Assembly: GCF_008831285.2 (NCBI RefSeq)
Contig: NC_045138.2
Coordinates: 39,680,001-39,744,000, forward strand
DNA length: 64,000 bases
Reading direction: 5' to 3'
DNA from: Nymphaea colorata
Taxonomy: Eukaryota
Under the pieces are notes generated by a model, which searched no databases, was not told where the DNA came from, and saw only the letters and a list, made by a program, of their open reading frames with translations. The translations under genes and the position numbers were made by a program. This document shows, piece by piece, positions 51,951 through 64,000 of the stretch. The number at the start of each line of letters is the position of its first letter. Positions within the stretch are counted from its first letter, which is position 1.

Positions 51951-54069
51951 TCAGTAAGGCAAGCTCTTGGAGCTCGTACTAATGGCAAGTCCTTTCATTT
52001 TAGAGGCATCAGGAGCATTGCTGCAGTCTGATTTAGCCCTCTTCATAATTGACTCCATGTTCTTGTGGAGACTCTCTTGCACCATCTTCCTGATGGCTCT
52101 TCTTCCTTCGTTCATTTCTTTTACAGTCAGTGGCGATCCTGGGTACACCAGCTCACCCATTTGGGGGCCTGAGTGAGGAGCTGTTCTTGTCACTTTCTCT
52201 TCCTTGAACCAATGCAATATCCTCAGTGCTCTCTTCTGAGCTAATGGGCTCCCCAGTAGTGATAATTCTAGGAGGGCAGGAACTATGCCAGCCTCTGCCA
52301 TTTTGTCCCTTTGGAATGAGCTCTTGTGTGCAAGAATCATCAGTATGTAAGCAGCCAACTCCTGGGATTTGGGTTTGGTATCCCATGAGATCACCTCTAT
52401 TAGCTTGTCAGGCACCATGGGCTCGCTCTCTATTGCATTCTTCCCTGCCACAGTCACAACCAAGTTGCCCAAAATGGCTAGAGACCTCTCTGCATAGGCT
52501 TTCTCTGACAGTAGCTTCATGAGTATTGGGACTGCGCCGTTGCAGACCAGAGCTTCTGAATTGTCCAGAACAGTGGAGATGTTATACAAGGATTCTAGGC
52601 ATGTTTCCATTGTTTTTTCATCTGCAACCTCTGGATCAAGCATGTTAATCAGGAATAACATGATTGAAGTTGACGCCATTGAACCCTGAGCATCTGCAAT
52701 CGTGGATAGGGACAGCAAGAGGGTTGCTAGCTCTTGCTTCCCAGGTTGGTCGTGTTCCCTCTGCAGAACCTCTGATAACTTTGGAAGGATTCCAGCCTCC
52801 ACCATTAGCGCCTTATTCCTGAAAAATGCAAGTTGTACCTTCAGATATCAATTAAACGACCAATTCCAAATTGCACACCACTAAGATTTCAGATATAGTA
52901 TTATTGAACTATAAAATCTCCATTCTGTAACTTTCTGTTATATGAATATCAAAATTTCTTTCCCCTTTTCAGCGAAGGAATTACTTGAGAGAAAACAGGG
53001 ACAAGTCACTGATCCCGAGCATGGTTTTCTTTTTGTGGCAGACTGCAAGTAAGCAGATTCTGCCAGACTACAGAACAGAAACCAAATATTGGGCGCTCAA
53101 CCTTGTTCAACTTGAAGGCTTTAACTTTTAAGCCAACAGACTACCTTATGAGAGTTCCTCTTGCATCTACTCGACATTAGGATGAAAATGAAAGATAAAT
53201 ATTCAGTTGGTTATCTGCAACCTCCATAGAGAGAACTGTATTTACATTCCATTGCAGGAATTTTCTAGTTCATTTAGGAAATTGCTGTGCAGATGGGAAC
53301 TCATAGTCCTTTTTCATCTGCCAAAAAACATATCGACTAAAAGAGAGTTCTATTTTGGGGGGATTGACATAATTACATAAATATGTGTTATTTACAACAA
53401 TCTAGCAACTTACTGATCAAATTGGACCTGCCGAAACATGGCCAACAGTAAGCGCTGTATAGTTGCTTTCCTGTAGGCCCAATAGCTGCTGAAAAATGCT
53501 GCCTTCAGTGGGGACCCAAATTCAAAAGGCATCTCAAGCAGCATCCTTTTCCAGATAGCGCCATGCATGGTAGGTGGCGACTCCCTTTCATTGCCAAAAT
53601 CCTTGTACTGGATGGCGATTAGACCAATGTGGAGTACTTCATGATTATCTGATGAAGGGAAACTAATGTTGACGATTCAGACACTCTGAATGCCGCAGAT
53701 GGTTGCTGCTGCATTGTTCGTGACTCCATTTCCAATGACAGAATGTACATTCCCGTCTCCGGTCGAGAGCAAAATATACCTCTCTTGCTCATCGGAAAGT
53801 TCTCTTCAACTGTTTAAATTTTCACAACGAAGAACCTTACGTTGTATCATTCAATTTGCCCCATACTGAATCTAAACGGACCGCCTTGTCTAGTGAGCCG
53901 AGCGCTTGTGAAGCTCACCATTTTTTTAAAATGGTTGGTAGGAATCTTTGACATTCCCTCTTCAGAGTCTACCATCGATGAGGAAGGCAAGCTCATACTT
54001 GACTTTCAGGCCTCAATGATATTTGTTGATTAATCATTTTCCTACTAGGGCCATACCATATATACTCAT

Positions 54070-54112
<43 letters not shown>

Positions 54113-55528
54113 TCAGACCAACTTGTTCATTTTCCACCGAGTCTTCTTGTCTTTGTCCCAATTGACTTTCAGAGACGGACAGTTCTGTAAGGATATCTTA
54201 TGGCCACTTGGGGATAGCTTGGACTTGGAGTGCCAGGTTTTTGAGCAAATGCCCCTAAATCTCACCTGCTTTTTGGGCTAGGCACAATGTTGTAAATATG
54301 GTTTCCGACTCATATCAGGGACCTTGGAAAATGATTCGTATCGGTGACCATCTCGGATCGGCCAACTTTTTCAAGGGGTTCATATCAGCCCCCATGTCGC
54401 ATTGGGAAGGTGTGAACCGATGTGTGTATCGGCCGAGACGGCCTACATGAAGCAGGCTTAGATCATTTTAAGGTGTGCCTGGATGCATGGGAAAACTATT
54501 GCTTATGAAAGAGATTCCTATCAAAGAAAGTATATTTTATCGTTTTCTTTAACTAAATGGAGCTATGAAATGGTTTCTGAATGAAAAAGTTCCCGCCACT
54601 TAGATAAACGATTGGTCTTAAAGATTTTCGAAGTTGAGAACAAAGAAAATCATGGAATTGATTTTGCATGTCAAGAAAACAATGGCATGAGCCGGGAAAT
54701 TTTTCTTTATCCCCGCCTATATTCTCAGCTATGCTGTTTGTTAAACTAGGGAAAATTTGTCATTCCTTATCCTAATAAGTGTTCTAGGTAGGATGTGTGG
54801 AAAAAAAAAAAAGGCCAAAGGAAACTGAGATCTATTATTTTGCGACGGTTATGAAAAGAGGTTTTCTTACGAGAGAGGCAGAAACAAACGCCGTGAAAAG
54901 GCTTGATGATGAAAGGCTAAAGGAAACTCGAGACGACTGAGAAAATTTATTCTTTGTTTGGCAGGATTTTTTGGGAAAGCTTTATGCCGAAAACATCAAA
55001 ACAGAACACGTTAAACAGTTAATGCTCTTTTAACTATCAGCACCGGAAAAGAAAAAATGTAACGACTGAATCAGAAACTTACGTGTAATTGCCATTGCCG
55101 ATCTCGATCAACGCTTGCAACGCCGAAATCCGGTGGCCGGAAAACTTCGACACCAACATCGCCACAAGCGGAGGAATAACTCCCAGCTGGGCAAGCGACC
55201 TCCTCGTCTGAAGGCAACCGGAGGCCAGCCTCTTGATCGCCACGGCCGCTCTCTCCTTCTCCTCGGAACCGCCAAAATGGAGCTCTTTTACCGACCTCTG
55301 CAGAGTGGACAACAACCCATCATCGACAGAAAGTCGCTCTGCTTCTTCTTCATCGCCTTCTGCCTTCACGTCTACCAACAATTCTTCGCTGCCATTATCT
55401 TCTTTCTCATCCAGGAGGACGGCCGCGGCCTTCTCGGCCATGGCCGGTTCATTGGTGCAATAGCTCTTCCCGGCCTGGCTTCTGATAAACCGGCGAATGC
55501 GTATGAAGAACCTTAGCTTGATATACAT
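51951..55528 (-). CDS. ARM-repeat protein of the PUB-like type lacking a U-box (At2g27430-like)
   Basis: Exon 1 55528-55083 (MYIKLRFFIRIRRF..., LQRSVKELHFG, RRSLAQLGVIPPLVAML) and exon 2 52818-51951 (NKALMVEAGILPKL, LYNIS, LAILGNL, AGIVPALLELSLLGSPLAQKRA, SSKSLPY). The phase-2 intron joins in frame. Confidence 0.92.
53750..54030 (+). mobile_element. Decayed Ty3/Gypsy integrase C-terminal (pre-chromodomain) fragment in the ARM gene intron
   Basis: Fragments KYTSLAHRK, EPYVV, LKWLVG and IDEEGKLILD resemble the Q.SLA.RK..KL...GPY...LKK.VG...IDEEGKLILEP stretch of plant Gypsy polyproteins. The fragment is frameshifted. Confidence 0.5.
54070..54112. repeat. Compound microsatellite (CT)n(AT)n
   Basis: Directly visible run. 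Confidence 0.95.
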
Positions 55529-56787
55529 CTCCCTGTATAGTTGCTTTCAGATCTTTGATCTTTCCCGGGAAGATTGGTCGCGCCAATAGAGAAGAATCTG
55601 AGAGAAAAATGAAAGGAGAGGTAGAGAGAGGTTTGATGGGGTAAGAGGGAGGGGAATCTAACACTTGAGCGGCAAAAGAAACATATATGCCTCAGATGAG
55701 GTGCGTGGTGTGAACTGTGAAGGAGTTTGCTGCGGTTTCCGAGAGGGAAGAACAAGGCCCTCGCTCCGCGGACAGAGGAAACAGAGATTGCAGGAATCAC
55801 ATGCAGAAACGCAGTTTTTAATCTCTCAATGAGAAGTTTTATAATGAAAAGGAAGACCAGGCCTTCCCCACTCTATGCCTTGATAAATATAAAGTAGAGA
55901 GATAGAGAGAGAGAGAGAGTCATGTTCAGGCCCATGTTTCTAAAATGACCATCATATCCAATGACTCAAACTGTGGATCATTTTAGGTAAATGGGAAAGC
56001 AAAGGTGAATTCACCATGGTCGAACTCTCATAAACGGATTTCTAGATTGCATTTTTCACTGGAAGTACGATTTCTTGTAAGATTACAGCCATCTATTTAT
56101 TTATGGGAAACTGTAAGTGTAAATGTACTTCAATGACTTAATACCGATTCTAACCGAAAGTTTCATGCCACCATGGCGAATTCATTCCTATAACATGATT
56201 TAGTTGGTCAGGTATGGGCACTACTATGTGGGCAATTGCCCACATAAACCAAAGAATACTTCTTTTCATATCAACACATTAGGATAATTTTTCTACTTTA
56301 CATATTGGTGCTCTTTAAAATTTATAAGTGTATCCTTTAAAGATATTTGTTTAGTTCTCTTTTAGCAGGAAAGGGTCCCTCATTCATGATATCGAAAGAA
56401 ATTTCTCAACTGAATCGGTTGAATTTCAAAGGATTTATTTAGTCAGATTTTGGAAGCTGAATAATTGGCCGGTTATGATTGAAATTGGACTTTTTGTATT
56501 TGATTTCTACCTTCTTGAGATATAAATTTTGAATAAACCAATAAGGGAAAATAACCTCTCATCAGCTTCGAAATTGGTTCTCTTCTGTTATATTCAAATC
56601 TGAATCCGATTCAAAACCTGTTCTTTATGTATGGTATCTAGGAAAATGAATCCAACCTGTTTGCTTCTCTACATTTCATAGACTTCCAAAGGGGATCGGT
56701 GGGTCTGCAATCCTTAAACTTGAGCATTTTGTTGACCCGATTAAAGTTGGAATTTCTTTTCCTCTCTTATTGTTTTCATGGACCGTA

Positions 56788-57092
56788 TGTCACACGACCG
56801 CTTTTAGGGCGTGTTTCAAGACGTCTCCTCTACGACAAGGGCCACCCATCACGTCTCAAAATTTCTGTCCAATCTCCACGGGTGCAACAGTACCATAGAA
56901 ATAATGCCCTGAGTGACTCTCAGTCTCGTGTTTGTGTTTGTTTTCACCTTTGTATGACCAGAGTGTCGTGTTTATTCCAGACGTTGTCCACTCTAACGAA
57001 TACACCTACACCTTCTTCGCCCCCCTTTATAGCTATAAAGTACAACTTATTTTGTGAACCCTAAAGGGTTTAGAGCACCTAGTGGGCCAACA
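56788..57092 (-). mobile_element. Solo LTR (~305 bp)
   Basis: Termini TGTCAC...CCAACA (TG...CA). The 5-bp flanks CCGTA (56783-56787) / CAGTA (57093-57097) differ by one base. There is an internal TATA-like CTATAAAG followed on the minus strand by a purine-rich R-like stretch. Confidence 0.7.
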
Positions 57093-57835
57093 CAGTAGTT
57101 GGTTCGTCGGTTTCAATCAATGCGAAGTCAATGGAGCTAATAGGAGCTATGCATTCTCTCTTTTAAGTGATTGGTTGTCCTGATTCAACTTTACCGAAAC
57201 AATATTAACCTAAACAGTCAATTTCTCCACTTAAGCTAAAAATGATAGCTTTGCCCTTAGATTCAAATGCTGCCCAACTAGAGACAAAGTTTCTCAGATC
57301 AAACACGGTTTGATTATGTGAAATGACAAAACAGATAATGCATTTCTTGATACAAATTAGATGAAAAGTACGAGACTTTCTTCCCTAGAAAGGGGAGCTA
57401 AAATTTTGGGCGACGAGGGCTATAAAAGGCATTGTGAGGCGATCATGGAGGTCGCAGAAAAGCTGAACCACTTTTCCTCGAAAAGTAAAAGCAGATCTCA
57501 AGTAAATCCATCGGAGGCACTATTCTTTTCATGCTCTCTCACTCTCTCTCTCTCTCGAGTACGTCAAAGGATCCAACCGAACCCCGACCGGAATTTAGGT
57601 CCAGACCCACTTGACCATTGACTTTCCGGTAGGCGCATTCGAGTTCGGGCTCACCTCCTTATGGGGGAAAACGACGCCCCTAATCCGTCGTTTCTTTCCG
57701 CCCCGAGGCCTGAACCTTTTCCCGAAAGGACTGTCTTTTTACCTTTAATTGAAAAAGAGGCAGGTTCTTAAATTTTTTGCAGTGCAGGGCTTATGCTTTC
57801 CAGAAATTTAACTTTAGATGCCCCAAGTTCGTTGC

Positions 57836-57896
57836 TCAAACTTTGCATTACTTATTACAAGGTTTGTTCAAACTTTGCATTATTTATCACAAGGTC
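57836..57896. repeat. Two-copy ~32 bp tandem duplication
   Basis: TCAAACTTTGCATTACTTATTACAAGGT / TCAAACTTTGCATTATTTATCACAAGGT. Confidence 0.85.
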
Positions 57897-60388
57897 AAAG
57901 CAGTTAGAAGGACTTCAAATTGTAAACCAATAAATAATGTATGGTAATATTGCAATTGGTTGTTTTATAAAGCCAATATTATTTCTCTTATTATTGAGAG
58001 AGAGAGAGAAACATGAACAGGTCCATGTTTGATTATAAGTAGTTATACAAATGGGCAATGCACATGACAATGGTTTGGACTCACTTTTTGTCCAAAATTG
58101 CATTTTCATTTTGCACTTTTTTTAGACCTTGATTTGCGGATTTACTTTGTTGGGAACATGAAAATATTGTAAACATCCTGTTCCATCATTGCCTAAATAG
58201 CATAAACTTGTAAATGTTATAAGGGGAGCTAAATTTTTTTTTAAAATTTGTATATAAAACAAGTAAAATTTTTATAAATAATTTACATGTAAATTTTTTT
58301 AAAAGATTTATTTAGGGGTGCCAAAGCCCGTGTGGGCCCCTAGCTCAGCTTTCAACACAATCTTGAAATAATAATATTTACCGAAAAAGCTCACCTTTTT
58401 GTCTCCTAAATTATGGAAAGCAAGAAAAAGAAAAAATTGGACCTGTCGAGTGCTTGCCGCTTAGGGATGTTAATAGGTCGAGTTTGATGCAAGAACCGAC
58501 CAAATCTCAGTTAAGTAGGTACATTCAATAAAGAAAACGGCTTAATCTCCTTCAGATTTATTTAAAAGTGTTGAATTTAAGCTGGCAGACCGATGATGTC
58601 AATGAACATTGACGTCCCCCATGTGCGCCGCTGACTCCAAGATATTTGAATTAGATCCCACGGAGGTTCCGGACACCAATTTAACTTTTTAAATTGGATC
58701 TTTGCTTCGTTATCAAATTCGTTATTGGATTCCTTTGCATTCTGGATCGAATTTGGATTCGGTTCCAAGAATTGAATTTGGTTGAGGTCGGACTTTTTCG
58801 TTTGAATTTGGGTTGTAGGTCCGGATCCAAATACGCTACTAACTAACCGGAGCCGAGACGTAATATAATAATAATAATCTCCCAATTCGTAGTTTGTGTA
58901 AACAAAGCACCTTTTAGTAATTTACCTAAATTGTGGAGGGGTTGCCTGAAGGCGGGTGCGACCTAACGCCACGAGATGTGGGGACGAAAAGTTGTGGCTG
59001 TGATTTCATGCCACGTGTCGAGCACTTCCACAACATTCCCAGTCCCGGTCAAGCAATTGGCGCAACGAACAGATTTTTGGTCCCGTTTCTTCTCTTCTCT
59101 TGCCAGCCGTGTTTGACCGAGTATGATTATTTTTAACGATGTTATGGGAATCGGTTTTGAAGCCGAACCGGAAGCCTGACCGATTCGGGGAAAACCAGGA
59201 CAAGGTCTAACTTGTTGTGTCGATGAGAAAAAGCACGCACTAAATGTATATGTATAGTTAACAAATTTTTAATTAGTCATCTTTTATCGAGTGGTTTTAT
59301 ATAACTAAACCTAGATTCATCTAAATTAAGCCATTAATTTAAGCTTTCATAAAATAGGTTCCGCAAGATATACGCCCCACGAAGGCCCTACCTATTCACG
59401 CCCATGCCTAAGTCACAACGTGCCTAATGATAGACCCACATTTGGTCTTATAGGCTTTGAACCGGCGTGTCCCGTTAGCTCAAAGTTTTTCATCCATTGA
59501 CCTTAAAAGTTCAGGTTTAGGTTTTTCTTCCCTTGCGTGGTTAGGTTTTCCTCCTGGCCGGTCAACGAGATGCCACGGCTGGGTTCTTTGGTCAAAGTAA
59601 AAAGTAGCCAAGTAGCCAACCCCACTTCGGGTCCAAAAATCCCACCAAAGAAAGCGTCGAACCGGGTTGTTGTCTGAGAGTCGAACCGGAAGAATAAACT
59701 GGCCTATGAAGTATTCATAGCGTGTCAGGCAAGCTCGGATCCCACTCACTCGTCTGACGTGGACCGCCTCGTTCCCACGCATTCGTTGTCGCGTAGCGCG
59801 TCGCGTGCGGGACCTTCTGGGTCGAGCCGACCCATGCGCGGCGGACCCCTTCGTAAATTGGATTTGGATCTCGAGAGATCCAAGACCCATGACACGAATA
59901 TCGGACCCGGGTCACCTGGGGGAGGACGTGAGCACGGGACCCTGCAGCTGCAAGAATGACCTCACGGCGGGCTGGATCCGGACGGTTTATCAGTTCCAAG
60001 ACGGAACAATGTGGACCCCAGCTTGGTTCTTATCCAGATCCGTTATCTTACGTGATAAACTGTCAGGTGCATACAGGACATGAGTCCAACGTAACGACCA
60101 CTGGATTTTGTTAGCCATGACGAGTTCTTGAGATAATCGTCGATTTTTTTTTCTCGGAAAAGAGAAAATACGATTCTCGAGAAATATTGTTATGAGGTTA
60201 TAGAGTTTTGATGTTCATTATTCATAAACACATACGTTTGTTTCAAAGTTCTTGTGTTTATGGAGTTATATGTGTAACACATCTATATTTTACTTGTTGA
60301 TAGACCATCCATCTTTTGACGTATTTGGGAATGTCAAGGGTTCAAATCTATTCCGTTATTCAATTTGAATCCCAACTTTGAAGATAGT

Positions 60389-60392
<4 letters not shown>

Positions 60393-60421
<29 letters not shown>
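60393..60421. repeat. (AT)n microsatellite
   Basis: Directly visible run. Confidence 0.95.
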
Positions 60422-60423
<2 letters not shown>

Positions 60424-60722
60424 GACACACAAAAAAATTAAAATGAAAGCAACATTTAAATAAACAAGTGATATTAATAAGTATATTACATGTTAACGAA
60501 CAGCAACTCTAAAAAAAAAAAAAAATGAAAACTGAGTAAAACAATAAATCAACTAAAATTCAATAGTTTTGATCACCTTAAAGGTAAAAAGTGTCTAACT
60601 GCGCCCAAGTATCCACTTTAGATATGAGTATGGCGACATAGGTACATAGATCTTATTAAAACATCCATGTGATTTATATCTCAAATCCACTCTTTCAACC
60701 ACCAAGCAGGGGAACACAAGAC

Positions 60723-60765
60723 AGCCAGATTTTCTCTTGGTGATAGCCAGATTTTCTCTTGGTGA
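60723..60765. repeat. Perfect 22-bp-period tandem duplication
   Basis: AGCCAGATTTTCTCTTGGTGA occurs twice, back to back. Confidence 0.9.
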
Positions 60766-63700
60766 GAATAACAAACTGCCTTCTAGGTGGAAGACATAAT
60801 TATTAAACTTGGAGGTAATGATCTTTTGAGTCCTAAATAATTTTGAATCTTATAACTTCAATATAAAAATGTAGAACTCCAAAGTTTCCACCGGAAAATA
60901 AAATGGCTGGCAAAGCGGCAGCTTTAAATCATAACGTCCAAAGGAAGTAGCACTTTCGTGGAGAAAGTGCAGAAAACAAAAAAGCGAGCAGAAAAGTTGG
61001 TCACGTAATGCACGTTTTAATTGAACGAAGCATAATAAATGGATGCAATCATCGAGTGAACGGGGAACAGTTGAATGCTGAAAAGGCTCGTACCAGGATT
61101 CCATCATCTTAAACAAATCTCTTTTTCTGGATCTGATTTCGTAGTCAAGTTTCAAATGAAGTACAAGTGCACTAGCCCGCCGAGTCGTGTTGCTAGCCAA
61201 CCCATAAAGTCCCGAAGCAGGTTATATACGCCACTCATGTGCATTATTTTTTTCTTATATAGGGACATGCTGTAACCAAAATGTCCCCATTAAAATAAAA
61301 TAAAAAATAAAACTTTCTTTTTATAAGGGTAAACAAAGATTGTGAAAAAAAAAAAGAAAAATTTAAAATGTCATCTACTTTATAAAACATTTTAAGATGC
61401 TCCCATCCCCCTTTTGGGGTAGTTTAGCACTAACCCGATAACAAATGAGTGAAGGCCGACCCCGTCGCATTATTTGAGTCGTGAGCAGAGGCCGATCCAT
61501 TGATTTTTCAGTTGAGAACAGTAGTACTTAAGTTTTAGGATTTTTAAGAGGTGAGAATATGTAAATGAATAAAATGAATCTTAGATGTCGACATACAAAT
61601 TACTAATGTTAGTGGGTCTGTGTGGGCATCTGCCCACACTTCTATCTGCCCCTGGTCATGGACTCACGGGCCAGACGAAATATACCAAGTCAATTTAAAT
61701 CAATAAAGTCAAATGGATGATTGAAATTATGACTCTAGTTATTTAGAGTCACCCAACTATTTAGTTAGAACCGTCTATATATAAAAAAAATGGATGATTA
61801 AAATAAAAACAAAAATAAAAAATGTAACTAATACTAGATGATGATCATCCTCTCATGTATATGCATGCATACTGGTGATTTAATAAGACTAAATATTGTA
61901 ATTGTAATTGTTGGAGGGTTCTTGGTTTGGGATAGAACTTATAGAGTTGTTTCAGTATACCCATTAACTAAAGTGTTATACAACTATAGTTTATATTTCA
62001 AATGATTAACGCCTAGAAATCAAATAGATGATTAGGCTCTCATAAGCATATCATTTCCACTAGCTACACTATACTTATGGGAGCCACACTTGACAATCAT
62101 GAAGATACCACATTACTGAGCTGACCATACTTACGGTGCAACTGTTTACAAAATGCCGATTTAGCTTCAAACTATCCATTTACAGTCAAACAGAATTACC
62201 AAGAAAATTTCCAGCTATTAAAATCGAGGCAAAAAAAAATAAAGAAATAATTTAAAATTAATCTTTAATTTATACTAAAACCCTGGAAACCGCCTAATTA
62301 GTTGGCATGCTCAAGGACGTCAATCCTATGCCAACTAAAAAAATATTTCCCAAACTTTGCTTTTATCCCACAAACAGGAATACTAAAATAATGTTACTCT
62401 ATGTACTTGAATGGCACAAGAACATCCCTGTTTGGTTTAATGAGATTTTGGGATTGGGGAGAAATTTTATTGCTGCTCTCACTAGAGTTTGACATGAAAA
62501 CCTTCCAAAGATGTTTCAAAACGTGTTGATGTCTTACCAGACCAAGATAAACAAATGATTTTGCTTGATTTTTATGAGATCACCAATAAAATCAACTCTA
62601 GTTGCGATATACATTTATTTTTAAAATTACTGAAATTACCATCTCTAAAAAGGTAAAACACGGACCCGTGTTACATATAAATAACCGCAATTATATTGTA
62701 CTAATTCCAATCTCATAAGAACATGAATGAGATGAACAAGAGGCTATGTGTTATGTGTTATGAATTGAAAATGATTGATTATTGCAAGACGAAATAGAAC
62801 TTGAATTTTTTTACAATATACAATTTACCAAATGCTACTGCAGTAAAAGATGGACCATTCTCTTACGTTAACCTTTCGTACCCTCTCTTGGCATCCCACT
62901 CGTTAACCCTTTTTGGGCTTGATAGTTGGGTGCTTTTAAGCCTTAAGTGCGTTTTTGCTATTTTATCTAAAGTTGTATATTTTTGTAATTTTCTTTTTTT
63001 TTTATTAAGGCTGAACTGAAGCCCAAACTCCAACCCGGAGTCGGACCTAAGTTCCACATTATCCGTCGGGTTGAAATCCAAATGCCCGGATCCGTTTGCA
63101 TCGGCCACCGGATGAATCGGTTATGGCGGGAAACCAAAGGCTAACGTACGCGCGCTTCACTTCAGGAGGGAGCAACCGCACGCGCTGTCGACGGCAGCCA
63201 ACGCCGTTAGAGAGAGAGAGAGAGAATGACCGTGGGTCCCAAGGGGAGGAAGCCAGAAGGGATTGATTGGTCACAGTCGCTTCAGTTGCGCCAGAGAAGG
63301 GATTTGGAGCCTGGGTGCACTCAGGTGCGGGACCCACTTCCACTGAAAAAGAGCGGTTGCTCGCCGGCCGGCCGGTCGGCCTCATGATCTTCCGTCAGAA
63401 AAGGGATCGAGGCGGGAGCCTTCCCTCTCCCTCTCTTTCTTTCTCTCCTTGCCTCGGATGCTTGGCTCGTTAGTCGAGACAGAGAGAGGCAAAAGCCAAA
63501 ACGAGCGTGCCTACGTTTTGACTGCCAGTTTCTTTTCCGGCGACCAGCGTTACCTTGCCGGCGGGAATTGGATGTGCGTTTCTCTTTCTCCTTCTTCTCT
63601 TGTCCGCTCGATGCTTACTCGATCGCCGGAGGAGCCAAGGGAGCTCCGACTGGACGAGATTCTGGAACTGAGGCGCGTTTCTTGGGAGTCGGTACACGTG

Positions 63701-63872
63701 GTTTTCTCCCGCGATCTTCTGGAAATTTAGCGCTTTGAGGACTCAGGTTGTCTTCGGTTATTCGAGAGATGAGTCGATGCACGGTGTAGGGGGGGAAGAA
63801 GGCGGGATCGCGTTGGCAGCGTGACGTTGATAGGGGTCCAGTGCGGGGAGAAGAGACGATTGTGTCATCATC

Positions 63873-63920
63873 ATGACGCATTTCGCGAAGCTCGATGACT
63901 CCCCGATGTTTCGGAATCAG
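63873..63920 (+). CDS. AGD: First coding exon of a BAR-PH-ArfGAP-ankyrin ARF GTPase-activating protein (AGD1-4/VAN3 class), 3'-partial
   Basis: ATG at 63873 gives MTHFAKLDDSPMFRNQ followed by a GTTAGG donor. HFxKLDDSPMFR is the conserved N-terminus of plant class-1 AGDs. A GC-rich, CT-rich leader precedes it. Confidence 0.88.
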
Positions 63921-64000
63921 GTTAGGGATCGATCGTTCTGGTTTGGCGTGATTGTGTCTTGTAGTTGCTGCTGATTCGTAATTTTTGGTGGTTTTGGGCG

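Noticed and set aside
57836..60765. Short direct repeats as a possible CRISPR-like array
   Set aside because: Only two-copy adjacent duplications without spacers, in eukaryotic DNA, with no cas genes.

Overview
Gene-rich euchromatic nuclear DNA of a flowering plant. The repeat types suggest a water-lily-like early-diverging angiosperm, but that is inference only. Nine protein-coding genes can be reconstructed by hand from GT-AG splice sites and recognisable motifs: eIF2-beta (5' end outside the window), a probably GPI-anchored phytocyanin, thymidylate kinase, a TBL O-acetyltransferase, a conserved uncharacterised plant protein, soluble DGAT3, a UBA2-type hnRNP RNA-binding protein, an ARM-repeat protein without a visible U-box, and the first coding exon of an ARF-GAP (AGD/VAN3 type). 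Between and within them are hAT- and Tourist-like MITEs, a solo LTR, decayed Ty3/Gypsy and LINE fragments, short tandem duplications and microsatellites. I see no CRISPR, rRNA, intact tRNA or biosynthetic gene cluster, and no evidence of a new multi-gene system. The most interesting signals are post-transcriptional or biochemical: a splice donor directly after the UBA2 stop codon opening a probable ~8 kb 3'UTR intron region, a phytocyanin with a non-coordinating axial Leu, a hidden upstream exon giving thymidylate kinase an organellar presequence, and several splicing switches in the uncharacterised gene.
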